Part shown: positions 10,441-22,697 of the stretch, piece after piece
Layout: each line of letters starts with the position of its first letter
Position numbering within the stretch: the first letter of the stretch is position 1
NCBI GenBank assembly: GCA_963811295.1
Contig: CAWEQZ010000053.1
Location: 9,751-73,750 of the forward strand
DNA: 64,000 nt
Direction: 5' to 3'
Origin: an uncultured Rubrobacteraceae bacterium
GTDB taxonomy: Bacteria > Actinomycetota > Rubrobacteria > Rubrobacterales > Rubrobacteraceae
The notes under the pieces: model-generated
The model's database searches: none
The model's input: the letters and a program-made list of their open reading frames with translations, nothing else
What the model was told of the DNA's origin: nothing
Program-made: the position numbers and the translations under genes

Positions 10441-10555
10441 GTTCGCGAGGTGGCTGTAGAAGTCCTGAACTGGCTCGGGTGGCCGGAACGGGGGTCGGAT
10501 CTGCCGTGCTAGCTCCCACCTTGGCCGCGGAGTTTACGGTGAGTGTTGAGCTCTC

Positions 10556-10625
10556 GGCTTCAGCGATCTGCAAGGAACAGTAAGCTGATGTGCTGACAAG
10601 CTGCCACAGGCAGCGTGCTGATCTG
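10556..10625. repeat. Partial GCTGA hairpin-cassette repeat element
   Basis: gctgatgt-gctgacaa-[gctgcc aca ggcagc]-gtgctga. Confidence 0.7.
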
Positions 10626-10659
10626 CGCGGTTCGAGTAATTCTGATTCCTCGAACCGTA

Positions 10660-11142
10660 TTACGCGCTACCGATCAGGATGCCCGAGGCGAAGACGAGCG
10701 CACCGCCTAGAACGACCTGCAGCGCTGACATCAGAAAGCTCATGTCGAAGTAGCGGTAGCGTATAAAGGAGATGGCGAGCAGCTCGAAACCAACGACCCC
10801 AAACGCCACGTAGAGCGCCAGGTTTACGTGCGGTATGAGGAAGGGCAGGGTGTGCAGGATGCCGCCTAAGAACGTGGCCAGGCCCGTGATCGTACCCCGC
10901 AAGATCGGGCTCCCGCGCCCGGTGAGCGACCCATCGTCAGAGAGCCCCTCCGAGAAGCCCATGCTGATGCCAGCCCCCACCGCGGCCGCAAGCCCTACCA
11001 GAAACGTGATCCTCGGGTCCCTCGTCGCAAAAGCCGTAGCAAACAACGGCGCCAGCGTAGAAACAGATCCATCCATCAAACCCACAAGGCACGGTTGGAC
11101 CACCCGCAACACGAAGTTCTTGCTGTGCCCCGAGGCCGTCAT
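10660..11142 (-). CDS. VIT1/CCC1-family (MbfA membrane-domain-like) transporter
   Basis: VQPCLVGLMDGSVSTLAP, GAGISMGFSEGLSDDG motifs; no erythrin domain. Confidence 0.85.
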   Translation of the reverse strand: MTASGHSKNFVLRVVQPCLVGLMDGSVSTLAPLFATAFATRDPRITFLVGLAAAVGAGISMGFSEGLSDDGSLTGRGSPILRGTITGLATFLGGILHTLPFLIPHVNLALYVAFGVVGFELLAISFIRYRYFDMSFLMSALQVVLGGALVFASGILIGSA

Positions 11143-11296
11143 CTCCCGGCCCCCAAGCCCCAGTCGTTCTAGCCAGGCCGCCAAATATTCTCCTCCTCAG
11201 TACACAACATGCGACCCACCCCAGTATTCTAATCTCCGTCAGCTATAAATCAAGAACGATTATTGTTACTGGTTAATGGGAATCATTTGCGATACG

Positions 11297-11331
11297 GCGG
11301 GTAGGGAAGGGCCAAGCCCTTCCCTACCCGC
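11297..11331. repeat. GTAG-type REP palindrome
   Basis: gcgg-GTAGGGAAGGGC-caa-GCCCTTCCCTAC-ccgc. Confidence 0.75.
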
Positions 11332-11478
11332 GCTTTCAGCATTTCAGCACGCTCGGGCTAGCGCCTTCGCTTGTCAGCCCGGCGGCTCCGCCGCCTCGTC
11401 AGCCAGAGTTTTCGCGTGCGCTAGCTGAAATGCTGACGAGTCGCCTGGAACAGGCGACGTGCTGAAATGCTGAAATGC
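11332..11478. repeat. TCAGC/GCTGA inverted tandem-repeat element with hairpin inserts
   Basis: Left arm of TCAGC units with two hairpin inserts, about 20-nt spacer, right arm of GCTGA units with one hairpin insert. Confidence 0.85.
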
Positions 11479-11503
11479 GCGTCGTTCGATAAGGCTTGAA
11501 GCC

Positions 11504-14251
11504 TTATCGAACGACGCTGTAGAGGTCGAGATCCGCTTTCACGACCATCTCTTCGATGTCGCGGCGGAGGTGGAAGCCGAGCTCCTTCGAGATGCGCTGC
11601 ATAGGACGGTTGTCGAAGAGGATCTCCGCCGTGATTCGCCTGAGACCTTCGGCGCGGCCGACTTCGAGGAGCTGGCTCACGAGCAGGGTACCGATGCCCC
11701 GGCGCTGGAAGCGGTCGCTGACGAGGACCGAGAACTCCGCTTCGTTGGAGACGGCGCTGCGGCGACTCAGGCGGGATACGCCCATGATCTCTCGTTCCCC
11801 GGTCTCTGGGTCGGTTTGCTCGGCGACCAACGCCATCTCGCGGTCGTAGTCTATAAAGCAGATGCGCGTCAGGCGCTCGTGGGCCGTACGCTGGTCGAGG
11901 TTCATCATGTGGAAGTAGCGCATGTAGACGCTCTGTTCCGAGAGGGTCTCGTGGAAGCGCACCATCAGGGGTTCGTCTTCCGGCCGGATCGGGCGTATCG
12001 TCACTGGTGTGCCGTCGCGCAACTGTTCGTGGGAGACGTACTGTTTCGGGTAAGGACGGATCGCGGTTCGTGGGAGGTCTTCGTCCTTCGTCTCGGGGTC
12101 GTGCAGAACGATACGGGCGTCGAGGGCTATCAGGCGCTCCGGCGAGGCCAGAAGCGGGTTGATGTCGAGTTCTTTGATCCAGGGCTGCTCGACGACGAGC
12201 TGGCTCGTGCGAACGAGCAGCCTCTCCAGGGAGCCGACGTCGACCGGCGCCCTGCCCCTGACGCCACCCAGCGCCTCGAAGATACGGGTCCTTTCCATCA
12301 TCCGCCTGGCGAGCGTGGTGGTCAGCGGCGGAAGGGCGAGAGCCCGGTCCCTGTACACCTCGACCAGCGAGCCGCCGGACCCGAAGAGCAGGACCGGACC
12401 GAACTGCGGATCCAGGCTGCTGCCGATGATCAGCTCGTAGCCGTCGAGGCTGACCATTCTCTGGACGGCGGCGCCGCCGAAGTCCTCGGGCCGGTAGTTC
12501 TCCCTTATGGAGGACTCTATCTCCTCGTAGGCCAGCCTGACCTCGTCGGCGTTCCGCAGGTTCAGGCGCACGCCGCCCACGTCGGTCTTGTGGGTTATGG
12601 TCTCGGAGTCGAGCTTGAGGACCGTGGGGTAGCCGAGGCGGTTTGCCAGTTCCACGGCCTCACCAGGGCTGCGCGCCACCTCCGTCTGCACCGTCGGGAT
12701 ACCGTAGGCGGCGAGGACCTGCTTCGCCTCGAACTCGGTAAGGATGGTGCGGCCAGAGTCGCGGACGCGAGCTATGATCTCTTCTACCCGCCCGCGGTCC
12801 GCGCTTTCCTCTTCGGCAGGCTCGGGCGTTTCGTAGATGCTGCGCAGGTTGTACGTGTACTTCCACATGTTCGTGAAAGCTCGGGCTGCCGTATCGGGGT
12901 AGTCGAAGGTAGGGATGCCCGCGCCGTTCAGGATCGACTCCCCCGCCGCGACGGCCGGTCCACCCATCCAACTCGCGAGCACGGGCTTCCTCGTGCTGTT
13001 CGCGTAGGGCGCGAGCCGTTCCGCCGTTGCCGTCGGGTCGGTCATGTCCTGCGGCGTGAGGATGACGAGCAGCCCGTCGCTTTCAGGGTCGCCAGCCGCG
13101 GTCTCGAGCGTCTTCGCGTAGCGTTCAGGGTCGGCGTCGCCGAGCACGTCTACAGGGTTGCCATGGCTCCAGGGGGCAGGGAGGAACTCGTTTAGAGTTC
13201 CCATCGTCTCCTCGGATATCTCCGTGAGCTCGCCACCGTTACCGATAAGGGCGTCCGTCGCGAGCACCGCGGGACCGCCGGCGTTCGTCAGGATCGTCAA
13301 GCGCGGTCCCTTGGGGCGCGGTTGTTTGCCCAACACCTCGGCCATCCCGAACAGCTCGGAGATCTCGTCCACGCGCAGCACGCCGCTGCGCGAGAAGGCT
13401 GCGTCGAGCACCTCATCCGAGCCGGTCAGGGAGCCAGTGTGGGAGGCCGCAGCCTTACCCGCGGCCTCGGTGCGTCCGGCTTTGATCACTATAATCGGCT
13501 TTGTCATGGCGACCTCGCGGGCCGCCGAGAGGAACGAGCGGGCGTCGCCGACCGACTCCATGTAGATGACGATGCTCTTCGTTTGGGGATCGTCGCCGAG
13601 GTAGTAGATCAGATCTCCCCAACCTACGTCCATCATGGAGCCTGCGCTGACGAGCGCCGAGAAGCCGATGTTCTCCATTAGGCTGTGGTCCAGTATGGCC
13701 GTGAGCAAAGCCCCACTCTGGCTTAGGAGGGCCACGTTCCCGGGACGAGCGATGGCGCCGGCGAAGGTGGCGTTTAGGCCCGTTGGTGGCTTCATGACGC
13801 CGAGGCAGTTGGGACCGACGATCCTCATCCTGCCCCGCCTGGCCTCCTCGAGGACCTGGCGCTCGAGCTCTGCACCCTCGGACCCCGTCTCCCTGAAACC
13901 GGCCGAGATGATCACGGCGCCCCCGACCTCCGCCTCCACGCACTCGCGGATAATCTCCGGCACCGCAGGTGCGGGGGAGACGATGACCGCGAGATCCACC
14001 CTGGCCGGCACCTCGGAGACCGAAGGGTATGCCTTTATGCCGAGTACGTTGGGCCTGTGCGAGTTCACGGGGAAGACCGTCCCGCCGAACGGGCTGCTCA
14101 CGAGATTCCACATGATCGTGCGCCCCACGCTACCAGGACGCTCGGTCGCCCCGATCACAGCCACCGTCTCGGGACGGAAGATGGTATCCAACTGCTGCCG
14201 TTCGTAACCCAGAACATCGTGGGCCGGGTCCGCGCTCTTGGACCGCTTCAT
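11504..14251 (-). CDS. Bifunctional NDP-forming acyl-CoA synthetase-like/GNAT protein lysine acetyltransferase (Pat-type)
   Basis: CoA-binding VAVIGA, GPNCLG, SQSGA, SHTG, ATP-grasp [10 protein letters not shown]-terminal GNAT with FQRRGIG. Confidence 0.9.
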   Translation of the reverse strand: MKRSKSADPAHDVLGYERQQLDTIFRPETVAVIGATERPGSVGRTIMWNLVSSPFGGTVFPVNSHRPNVLGIKAYPSVSEVPARVDLAVIVSPAPAVPEIIRECVEAEVGGAVIISAGFRETGSEGAELERQVLEEARRGRMRIVGPNCLGVMKPPTGLNATFAGAIARPGNVALLSQSGALLTAILDHSLMENIGFSALVSAGSMMDVGWGDLIYYLGDDPQTKSIVIYMESVGDARSFLSAAREVAMTKPIIVIKAGRTEAAGKAAASHTGSLTGSDEVLDAAFSRSGVLRVDEISELFGMAEVLGKQPRPKGPRLTILTNAGGPAVLATDALIGNGGELTEISEETMGTLNEFLPAPWSHGNPVDVLGDADPERYAKTLETAAGDPESDGLLVILTPQDMTDPTATAERLAPYANSTRKPVLASWMGGPAVAAGESILNGAGIPTFDYPDTAARAFTNMWKYTYNLRSIYETPEPAEEESADRGRVEEIIARVRDSGRTILTEFEAKQVLAAYGIPTVQTEVARSPGEAVELANRLGYPTVLKLDSETITHKTDVGGVRLNLRNADEVRLAYEEIESSIRENYRPEDFGGAAVQRMVSLDGYELIIGSSLDPQFGPVLLFGSGGSLVEVYRDRALALPPLTTTLARRMMERTRIFEALGGVRGRAPVDVGSLERLLVRTSQLVVEQPWIKELDINPLLASPERLIALDARIVLHDPETKDEDLPRTAIRPYPKQYVSHEQLRDGTPVTIRPIRPEDEPLMVRFHETLSEQSVYMRYFHMMNLDQRTAHERLTRICFIDYDREMALVAEQTDPETGEREIMGVSRLSRRSAVSNEAEFSVLVSDRFQRRGIGTLLVSQLLEVGRAEGLRRITAEILFDNRPMQRISKELGFHLRRDIEEMVVKADLDLYSVVR

Positions 14252-14272
14252 TAGTCGCTCCCTTCGGTCGCT

Positions 14273-14424
14273 CCAGCTAGTCAGCAAGTCAGCACGTTCA
14301 GGCTGACGCCTTCGCTTGTCAGCATTTCAGCTTTTGTAACACCGGGCGTAAGATTGGGTCGTGAACCCGCCTACGGGAGGTCCTGAGCGGGACGTTTTTG
14401 GCTGACGCCTGAGTCTGCTCAGGA
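14273..14424. repeat. TCAGC/GCTGA repeat element (strong left arm, degenerate right arm)
   Basis: cagctagtcagcaagtcagcac-[gttcaggctgacgccttcgc]-ttgtcagcatttcagc. Confidence 0.75.
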
Positions 14425-14738
14425 ACGGCCCGTGCGGTCGGATCCTTCGCTCCGTCGCTGAGATTTGCGCTCGAGGATGTAGAACGGAAAACCCAGGCAG
14501 TATATGATGCGGTGTGCATCGCAACGCTCTGAAGGTTCCCGAGCACAGCCTCGCCGGTTGATCTCAGGGCACAATGGATGGGGTGAGTACCATGGGTAAC
14601 AGGGGGCTCGGCAACACCTGCGGCGCACCGACAAACAACAGTGGAGAGCCTGGCGCGGTCCTACGTCTCGTCTTGGTAGCGACCGGACTCCTGCCGGCTG
14701 GGGCCACCCTCAGGCACGGCAGGTAGCGCGACTCTGCT

Positions 14739-15599
14739 GTGCGACGTAAGGGTCTAACCCGCAGGTTCGCGGAGGACCCGCTCCTCAAGGTCGGGGCGGG
14801 CGCGATGATCCTCGCTGTGGGCTTCGCTATCGTGGTGGCCTTCGCCGCCTACCTCGACCGGCCGATAGAGCCTGCAACCGCGAAACCGGAGGTGAAGTCC
14901 GCCACCGAGCCACTCGCCCGCTCAGACCCCGGCGTCGACCCGTGGGTAGAGAAGGACATACCGCCGCCCAGGTACCGGGCAACACCCCTACCAGCCCGCC
15001 TACCGGAGTCACATAGACCGTCAGATCCCAGACCAGGCCCACCAGCAAAGAGCGGGTCTGCATACGGGTCATCCCCGGACGAAAGTCGCCAGACCCTCCC
15101 CGTGGACGACTATGACTACCCTCTGCCAACCGATCGGCAACTAAGGGCTGCCAACCAACCTAGGCACTACAATTTGCCACCGGGGGCCATCATGAGCCTC
15201 ACCATAAATGCCCTGGATCTAAGGAACGTCCCCGTCATCTCCTCAGACTCCACCGAAGCCCTGGATCAGGGGGTGATCCACCTGCCGGGCACTTCCTATC
15301 CCTGGTCTGGCACCCCGGAGAGGAACGTGTATCTGGCGGGACACAGGCTGGGATGGCCGGGCACAGGAAGCCACCTCGTCTTCTACCGTCTAAACGAGCT
15401 GGGAGGAGGGGAGAGGGTAACATTGAGGGACCCTCGAGGTGGCAGATACGACTACAGGGTGATAGAGAGCTTCGTAGTAGGAGCCGAGGAGAGATGGGTA
15501 ACGGGGAGGGTTCGTGGGAGGGACCTCTTGACGTTACAGACGTGCACGCCGATCCCGACTTTCGAGAAGCGCTTGATCGTACGCGCCGAACGAATCTGA
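14739..15599 (+). CDS. Sortase (class E-like) with N-terminal TM and Pro-rich linker
   Basis: LAGHR, LTLQTCTP and RLIVRA catalytic His/Cys/Arg motifs; start uncertain. Confidence 0.9.
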   Translation: MRRKGLTRRFAEDPLLKVGAGAMILAVGFAIVVAFAAYLDRPIEPATAKPEVKSATEPLARSDPGVDPWVEKDIPPPRYRATPLPARLPESHRPSDPRPGPPAKSGSAYGSSPDESRQTLPVDDYDYPLPTDRQLRAANQPRHYNLPPGAIMSLTINALDLRNVPVISSDSTEALDQGVIHLPGTSYPWSGTPERNVYLAGHRLGWPGTGSHLVFYRLNELGGGERVTLRDPRGGRYDYRVIESFVVGAEERWVTGRVRGRDLLTLQTCTPIPTFEKRLIVRAERI

Positions 15600-15600
15600 A

Positions 15601-15836
15601 GCGATCAGCTTTCAGCTGATCTCGCATTTCAGCACGCTCCAGCCTATGGCTGTCGCTTGTCAGCACTTCAGCATTTCAGCTTTGACCGCCCGAGGCACCT
15701 CGCCCCGTCGCGCAGTAGAACCTCAGAGGGATGTGCTCCCGAACGTCGGGTAGGGCCCACACCCGGCTGAAATGCTGAAAGGCGGCGGAGCCGCCGTGCT
15801 GACAAGCGAAGGCGAAGCCTGAGCGTGCTGACCAGC
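15601..15836. repeat. Full TCAGC/GCTGA repeat element between convergent genes
   Basis: Several TCAGC units on the left, about 85-nt spacer, GCTGA units with hairpins ggcggcggagccgcc and aggcgaagcct on the right. Confidence 0.88.
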
Positions 15837-15838
15837 TT

Positions 15839-16864
15839 TTACGCTGCTTGTTCTTCCATCTCCTCCGAGTAATCGCCGGAGCGTGCGGCGGCGTTCATCT
15901 TCGCCCTGTGGTGGAAGGCCTTCTGGGCCGCCTGGACCTTACTTTCGTCTCCGCTCCAGATCTCCATCGGCTGTCCCTGCAGCGCCCGCGCGTAGGAGAA
16001 CGAGAGCTCCCAGGGCAGACCCCCGTACAGGGAGTTCATAGCGTTGAGGTGGGCCGTCGCTTGCAGGTCGGACTGGCCCCCGGAGAGGAAGACTATGCCA
16101 GGCACTGCCGCCGGGACCGTCCTGAGCAGGCACTCGACCGTCGCTTCTGCTACCTCGTCTACGCTGGACTGTTCTGGCGCGTGCTTGCCTGAGATGACCA
16201 TGTTGGGTTTCAGGAGCATCCCCGAGAGTTCGACGCCGTGCTCGTAGATCTCGCCGAAGGTTCGATTCAGCATCCACTCCGTGGCGTCGTAGCACTGTTC
16301 GATGGAGTGATCCCCGTCTATCAGGACCTCAGGCTCGACTATGGGGACGAGGTCGTGCTCCTGGGCGAACGCCGCGTAGAGGGCGAGTGCCTCGGCGTTG
16401 GCCTCTATGCAGCTCTCGGTGGGGATGCCATCCCCTATGGTTATGACGGCCCGCCACTTGGTGAAGCGCGCCCCGAACTCGGTGTATTCGGCGAGCCTGT
16501 CGCCGAGGCCGTCGAGGCCCTGGGTGAACTTTTCGCCTTCCGAGAGGGGCAAATCTACGGTGCTCTTGTCCACCTTGATACCAGGGATGACGCCAGCGTT
16601 CTCGAGCGCCTGGGGCATCGGGATGCCGTCCGAGGTCTTTTGGCGGATGGTCTCGTCGAAAAGGATCACACCGGAGAGGAACTCCCCGATGCCCTCCGTG
16701 GTGAAGAGCATCTCCCTGTAAGCCCGACGGCTCTCCTCGCTCGACTCTATGCCGACGGCCTCGAACCGCTTGCCTATGGTGCCGAAGCTCTCGTCTGCGG
16801 CGAGTATGCCTTTACCCGGAGCTACTAATTCGCCGGCTGTCTCTTCGAGCTTCCGAACGTCCAT
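15839..16864 (-). CDS. Class I fructose-bisphosphate aldolase
   Basis: GKGILAADES, GIKVDK, KWRAV, PIVEPEV, LKPNMV Schiff-base Lys, FLSGGQ, SFSYARALQ. Confidence 0.96.
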   Translation of the reverse strand: MDVRKLEETAGELVAPGKGILAADESFGTIGKRFEAVGIESSEESRRAYREMLFTTEGIGEFLSGVILFDETIRQKTSDGIPMPQALENAGVIPGIKVDKSTVDLPLSEGEKFTQGLDGLGDRLAEYTEFGARFTKWRAVITIGDGIPTESCIEANAEALALYAAFAQEHDLVPIVEPEVLIDGDHSIEQCYDATEWMLNRTFGEIYEHGVELSGMLLKPNMVISGKHAPEQSSVDEVAEATVECLLRTVPAAVPGIVFLSGGQSDLQATAHLNAMNSLYGGLPWELSFSYARALQGQPMEIWSGDESKVQAAQKAFHHRAKMNAAARSGDYSEEMEEQAA

Positions 16865-16898
16865 CTCCGAACTCCTTCCCTAAGACCTTACGACAGAG

Positions 16899-16920
16899 GC
16901 CCCGGACCGCGGTCCGGGGC
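16899..16920. terminator. GC-rich palindromic hairpin
   Basis: gccccggacc-gc-ggtccggggc between the small ORF and the aldolase gene. Confidence 0.45.
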
Positions 16921-16952
16921 CCGTGATCATGGAGTTTTGGAGGCCCCTTTCT

Positions 16953-17087
16953 CTAGGCCTTTACCAACTCGCGATCCTTCTTCGCCTGGCGCTCCTTCTT
17001 CTGCTGTTCGCGGCGCTTGCGTTCTTCTTTCTCCCACTGCTTTCTGCGGGCTTCTTCCATCTGGCGATCCCCGTAGGAGTAGCACAT
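16953..17087 (-). CDS. 44-aa highly charged small protein (not in ORF track)
   Basis: MCYSYGDRQMEEARRKQWEKEERKRREQQKKERQAKKDRELVKA*; upstream RBS TAAGGAGG. Confidence 0.7.
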   Translation of the reverse strand: MCYSYGDRQMEEARRKQWEKEERKRREQQKKERQAKKDRELVKA

Positions 17088-17129
17088 GGCCACGGCCTCC
17101 TTACTCACGTTTCCCTTTCCGTATTCTGT

Positions 17130-17154
17130 CTACCCGCATCTTGACGGGCTAAAC
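17130..17154 (-). promoter_or_regulatory. SigB/SigF-like stress promoter
   Basis: Minus strand GTTT-N15-GGGTAG upstream of the small ORF. Confidence 0.5.
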
Positions 17155-17335
17155 ATTGGCCTACACAGGATAAACAACGCGAAGTCGCGTGGTGTCCGAG
17201 CCCTCGTTCTACATCTGGCGCGGACGCCAGAGGCGGCCGGGGCTACGGATCCGAGGAGAGGCGCAGGATTCCGAACCTCCGATCCGTGATACGTTAGAGT
17301 AAGCGGCTAGGCCCCGTTTCGGGAGGTGAGAGGCT

Positions 17336-19387
<2,052 letters not shown>

Positions 19388-19480
19388 CAAGAGCGGCCTG
19401 AAAAAGGTACTGTTCCATAAGGCGTGCGTAAGACGACGGTGTACTTGAATTAAGTAGATGTCGAAGGACTCCGCCTATGC

Positions 19481-20134
19481 TCAGCCGCTCTCGCCGCGTC
19501 GTAGCCGCTCGAGGATCTCGTCTATGCGCCGTTCGGCTTCCGATTTCTCGACGAGCTCGTAGTAAGGTTCTCCCGCGGGTGCGATCCCTGGCACGACGAA
19601 GTCGAAATCAAGGGTACGTATCAACTCCAGGCTCTCGATGTACCGCTCCCTGTCGCTGACCCCATCGAGTACCGCCGCCCTCCATCTGCCCCGGATGAAG
19701 AAGACCGTATCGCCGGTGAACAGAGCGCGATGCTGTCCCGTGTTCCACAGGAAAGCCGTTGCCCCGCTCGTATGTCCCGGAATGGGAATGATCTCGAAGT
19801 CCTCATCGAGCTTGTGACGCTCGGAGAAGGTCTCATCCACATGGCAGACTTCGGATACCGCCCGCGCATCCGCCTCGTGGACGTGAAGCGGCGCGTCGAA
19901 GGTTTGTGCAACCCAGTCACAGGCAGGCGAGGCCTCGTGATGGTGGTTCAAGTACTGGCGCGAGACGCCGCCGAGGTCGGCAACGGCCTCTACGTCCTGC
20001 TCGAGGGTGGCTGCCCTGTAGATGAGCAGGTTGCCCGGTTCGCGCTGGAGCAGGAAAGCGCGGATCTCCAGCGAGGGTCCGAACCCCAAGGGCTCGGGCA
20101 CAGAGGCGTGCAGCCTGGGTATGATGGTTTCCAT
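19481..20134 (-). CDS. MBL-fold metallo-hydrolase
   Basis: LNHHHEA, PGHTSG, LFTGD motifs. Confidence 0.85.
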   Translation of the reverse strand: METIIPRLHASVPEPLGFGPSLEIRAFLLQREPGNLLIYRAATLEQDVEAVADLGGVSRQYLNHHHEASPACDWVAQTFDAPLHVHEADARAVSEVCHVDETFSERHKLDEDFEIIPIPGHTSGATAFLWNTGQHRALFTGDTVFFIRGRWRAAVLDGVSDRERYIESLELIRTLDFDFVVPGIAPAGEPYYELVEKSEAERRIDEILERLRRGESG

Positions 20135-20240
20135 GAGTGGATCTCCTTGTTCTCTACGTCTGCCGACTCCATCGCCAGGCTAGACGATGAGCCGTGTATT
20201 TCGATGGTTTACGGTCCATCTATCCATTGCGAGTTCGCAC

Positions 20241-21655
20241 CTATTTGGACTTCGTACGGCCCCGCAGCCCTGAGGCGGCAATCAGGGCGAGGATCAGGGC
20301 CGGCACTATCGCCAGGAAAGCGTCAGAGAAGGGAGCGGCGTCGAGGGTGTACAGGGGGTTTATCGCCGCTGATCCAGACTCTTCTCGGGCCGCCAGGAAC
20401 GCCCCGATGAGCGCAGGTCCCGTCCCGCTACCGAGGAAGAAGGCCCCCGCGAAGATGCCCATTCCGCCCCCGACTTCCTCTTCCGGGAGGGAGTTTGCGG
20501 CGGCGTTGTTGGCCGGGGACTGGATGAAGGCGAAGCCGGTGCCCACGCCGAGGATCCCCGCGGCGATCAGCTCGGGCGATGCTCCGGCGAAGGTCGAAAT
20601 GAACAGGACCGAGAGAGCCATGATCCCGAGCCCCACCAGGACGGGAAGCCTTACGCCGACGCGGTCAGAGAGCCGTCCTGCCACGGGAGAGAGGATGGCC
20701 TGAGCGACAGCTCCTGGTGTCAAGACCAGTCCTGCGGCTGCTAGAGAGAGGCCGTTAACCTCGACGAGTAGCAGCGGTACGAAAACCAGTGCCGAAAGGT
20801 TTGCGAGCATGGCGAGGAACCCCACGAGCACAGCGGCCACGTACGGTCGGTTCTCGAATAGCTCAGGCGAGACGAAGGGGTGCGGCGCTCCGTTTATGCG
20901 CCGGACAAATCCGGCCATGGCGAGCGACGCTCCGAGGAAGCTGCCCCAGGACGAGAACGAGGCGAAGCCTGCACCCTGCCCCTGCGTTATGCCGAACAGG
21001 AAGAGCCCGGCTCCCAAACCGAGCAGGACGCCGCCTACGAGGTCGAACTGACGCTCGTCTGTCGAGCCTCCGTTCGGCAGCACGCGGCGGGCGAACGGGA
21101 TCAGGAGCAGCATCAAGACCAGCGAGCCGGCGAAGAGGGCGCGCCAGCCGAGCAGTTGGCCGAACACTCCCCCGATGATGGGACCGACCGCAGCCCCTAT
21201 GCCCACGCTGGAGGCGACCAGGCCCATAGCGCCGCCCCGTTTGCCCGGCGGCAGCACTTTCGCCACGGCGACGGTCGCAAGCGCGGGCACCGCGGCTCCC
21301 CCGGCTGCCTGCACGATGCGCCCGAGTACCAGCACCGGCAGGTTCGGGGCCAGAGCGCAGATGAGGCCGCCCGTGGCGAACCCGACGAGCCCCACAGAGA
21401 ACACGCGCCTGACCCCGAAGAAGTCCGAGATCCTACCGTAGAGAGGCACGCTGACGGCGTAGGCGAGCGCGAAGCCCGTAAAGACCCACCCTACCTGTGC
21501 CGCCGAGACGCCGAACTCCGCCCTCATGAGCGGCAGAATCACGTTCACCATCGAACCCGTCAGGACCGAGACGAACACCGCCGAGGCGACCACCCCCAGG
21601 AAGAACCGGGTGGAGGCAGGCCCGTTTTCCCGAATAGCTTCGTTCCCGGCGATCA

Positions 21656-21659
<4 letters not shown>
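20241..21659 (-). CDS. MFS drug:H+ antiporter (DHA2/TetL-like)
   Basis: About 14 TM segments; [11 protein letters not shown] motif [15 protein letters not shown]. Confidence 0.9.
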
Positions 21660-22024
<365 letters not shown>

Positions 22025-22082
22025 TGCTCAGTCCTTTCTCGGCGATGGTCGCTGCGTTCTTCTTGGGTTCTATCCTGGGGGA

Positions 22083-22433
22083 TCATCTCCCGGTGGACTC
22101 TGACGCCGCACGCCGTTCGGCACGGGCCTGTGCGCGTTCGTAGTTCATGCGGAAGAGCTCGATCACGGCTTCCGCGTCGCCGGGGCCATCCATCCTCCGG
22201 CGTACCCAACCCGAGTCGGGCAGCGGCGGATGCACCGAAGCCCTTCCATCCGCTATCAGTTCGTCACGTATTCTCTTGGGAAAGGGCAGGTCAGCGAAGC
22301 TCGAGCCGTGTAGATGCCCCAGCTCTACCTTGCCGTAACTGAGCTGAAGTCCTCCCCTTCCGGTGTCGCCGGTACTGACCCCCGGCCAGCTCGCAACCTC
22401 ACGCTCTACCTGAGTCAGCGGTTCGTGGTCCAT
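22083..22433 (-). CDS. Luciferase-like/DUF5519 family small protein
   Basis: SWPGV, ELGHLHG, HPPLPDSGWV motifs. Confidence 0.7.
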   Translation of the reverse strand: MDHEPLTQVEREVASWPGVSTGDTGRGGLQLSYGKVELGHLHGSSFADLPFPKRIRDELIADGRASVHPPLPDSGWVRRRMDGPGDAEAVIELFRMNYERAQARAERRAASESTGR

Positions 22434-22697
22434 CAGTTCCCTCCTACTATGAGCTTGCCTCACACGACTTTATAGTGCGGGAAGGGAACTGATGCATCGT
22501 GCGCAGGAACGGTTTTCGGCCTGGACCTTCGTACAGGCCCTACGCACCGATACCGGGTCGCTTGAAGGGGACCGCGTCCAGGTACCCCGCAGGATAGGGC
22601 GTTACCGAACCTCCTACGCTTCCTTCGGATGCCTGTCAGGACGTAACCACTCCCAATTGTTACGGCTGTCGTTACGAGGGAAGTGGATCTTGGACTA

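Noticed and set aside
14530-14575. TPP riboswitch-like CTGAGA on the minus strand
   Set aside because: The other conserved TPP elements are missing and no thiamine gene follows.
11332-15836. TCAGC/GCTGA repeats as CRISPR arrays
   Set aside because: Units are only 7-8 nt, arms are inverted, inserts are self-complementary hairpins rather than unique 30-40-nt spacers, and no cas genes are present.
16923-17144. Hydrophobic + strand ORF as a type I toxin-like membrane peptide
   Set aside because: It is the antisense reading of the charged peptide, which has the RBS and promoter; its hydrophobicity follows from the complementary codons.
19390-19480. Possible IS end remnants (also 6075-6125)
   Set aside because: AT-richer patches without a matching inverted partner or transposase; unsupported.
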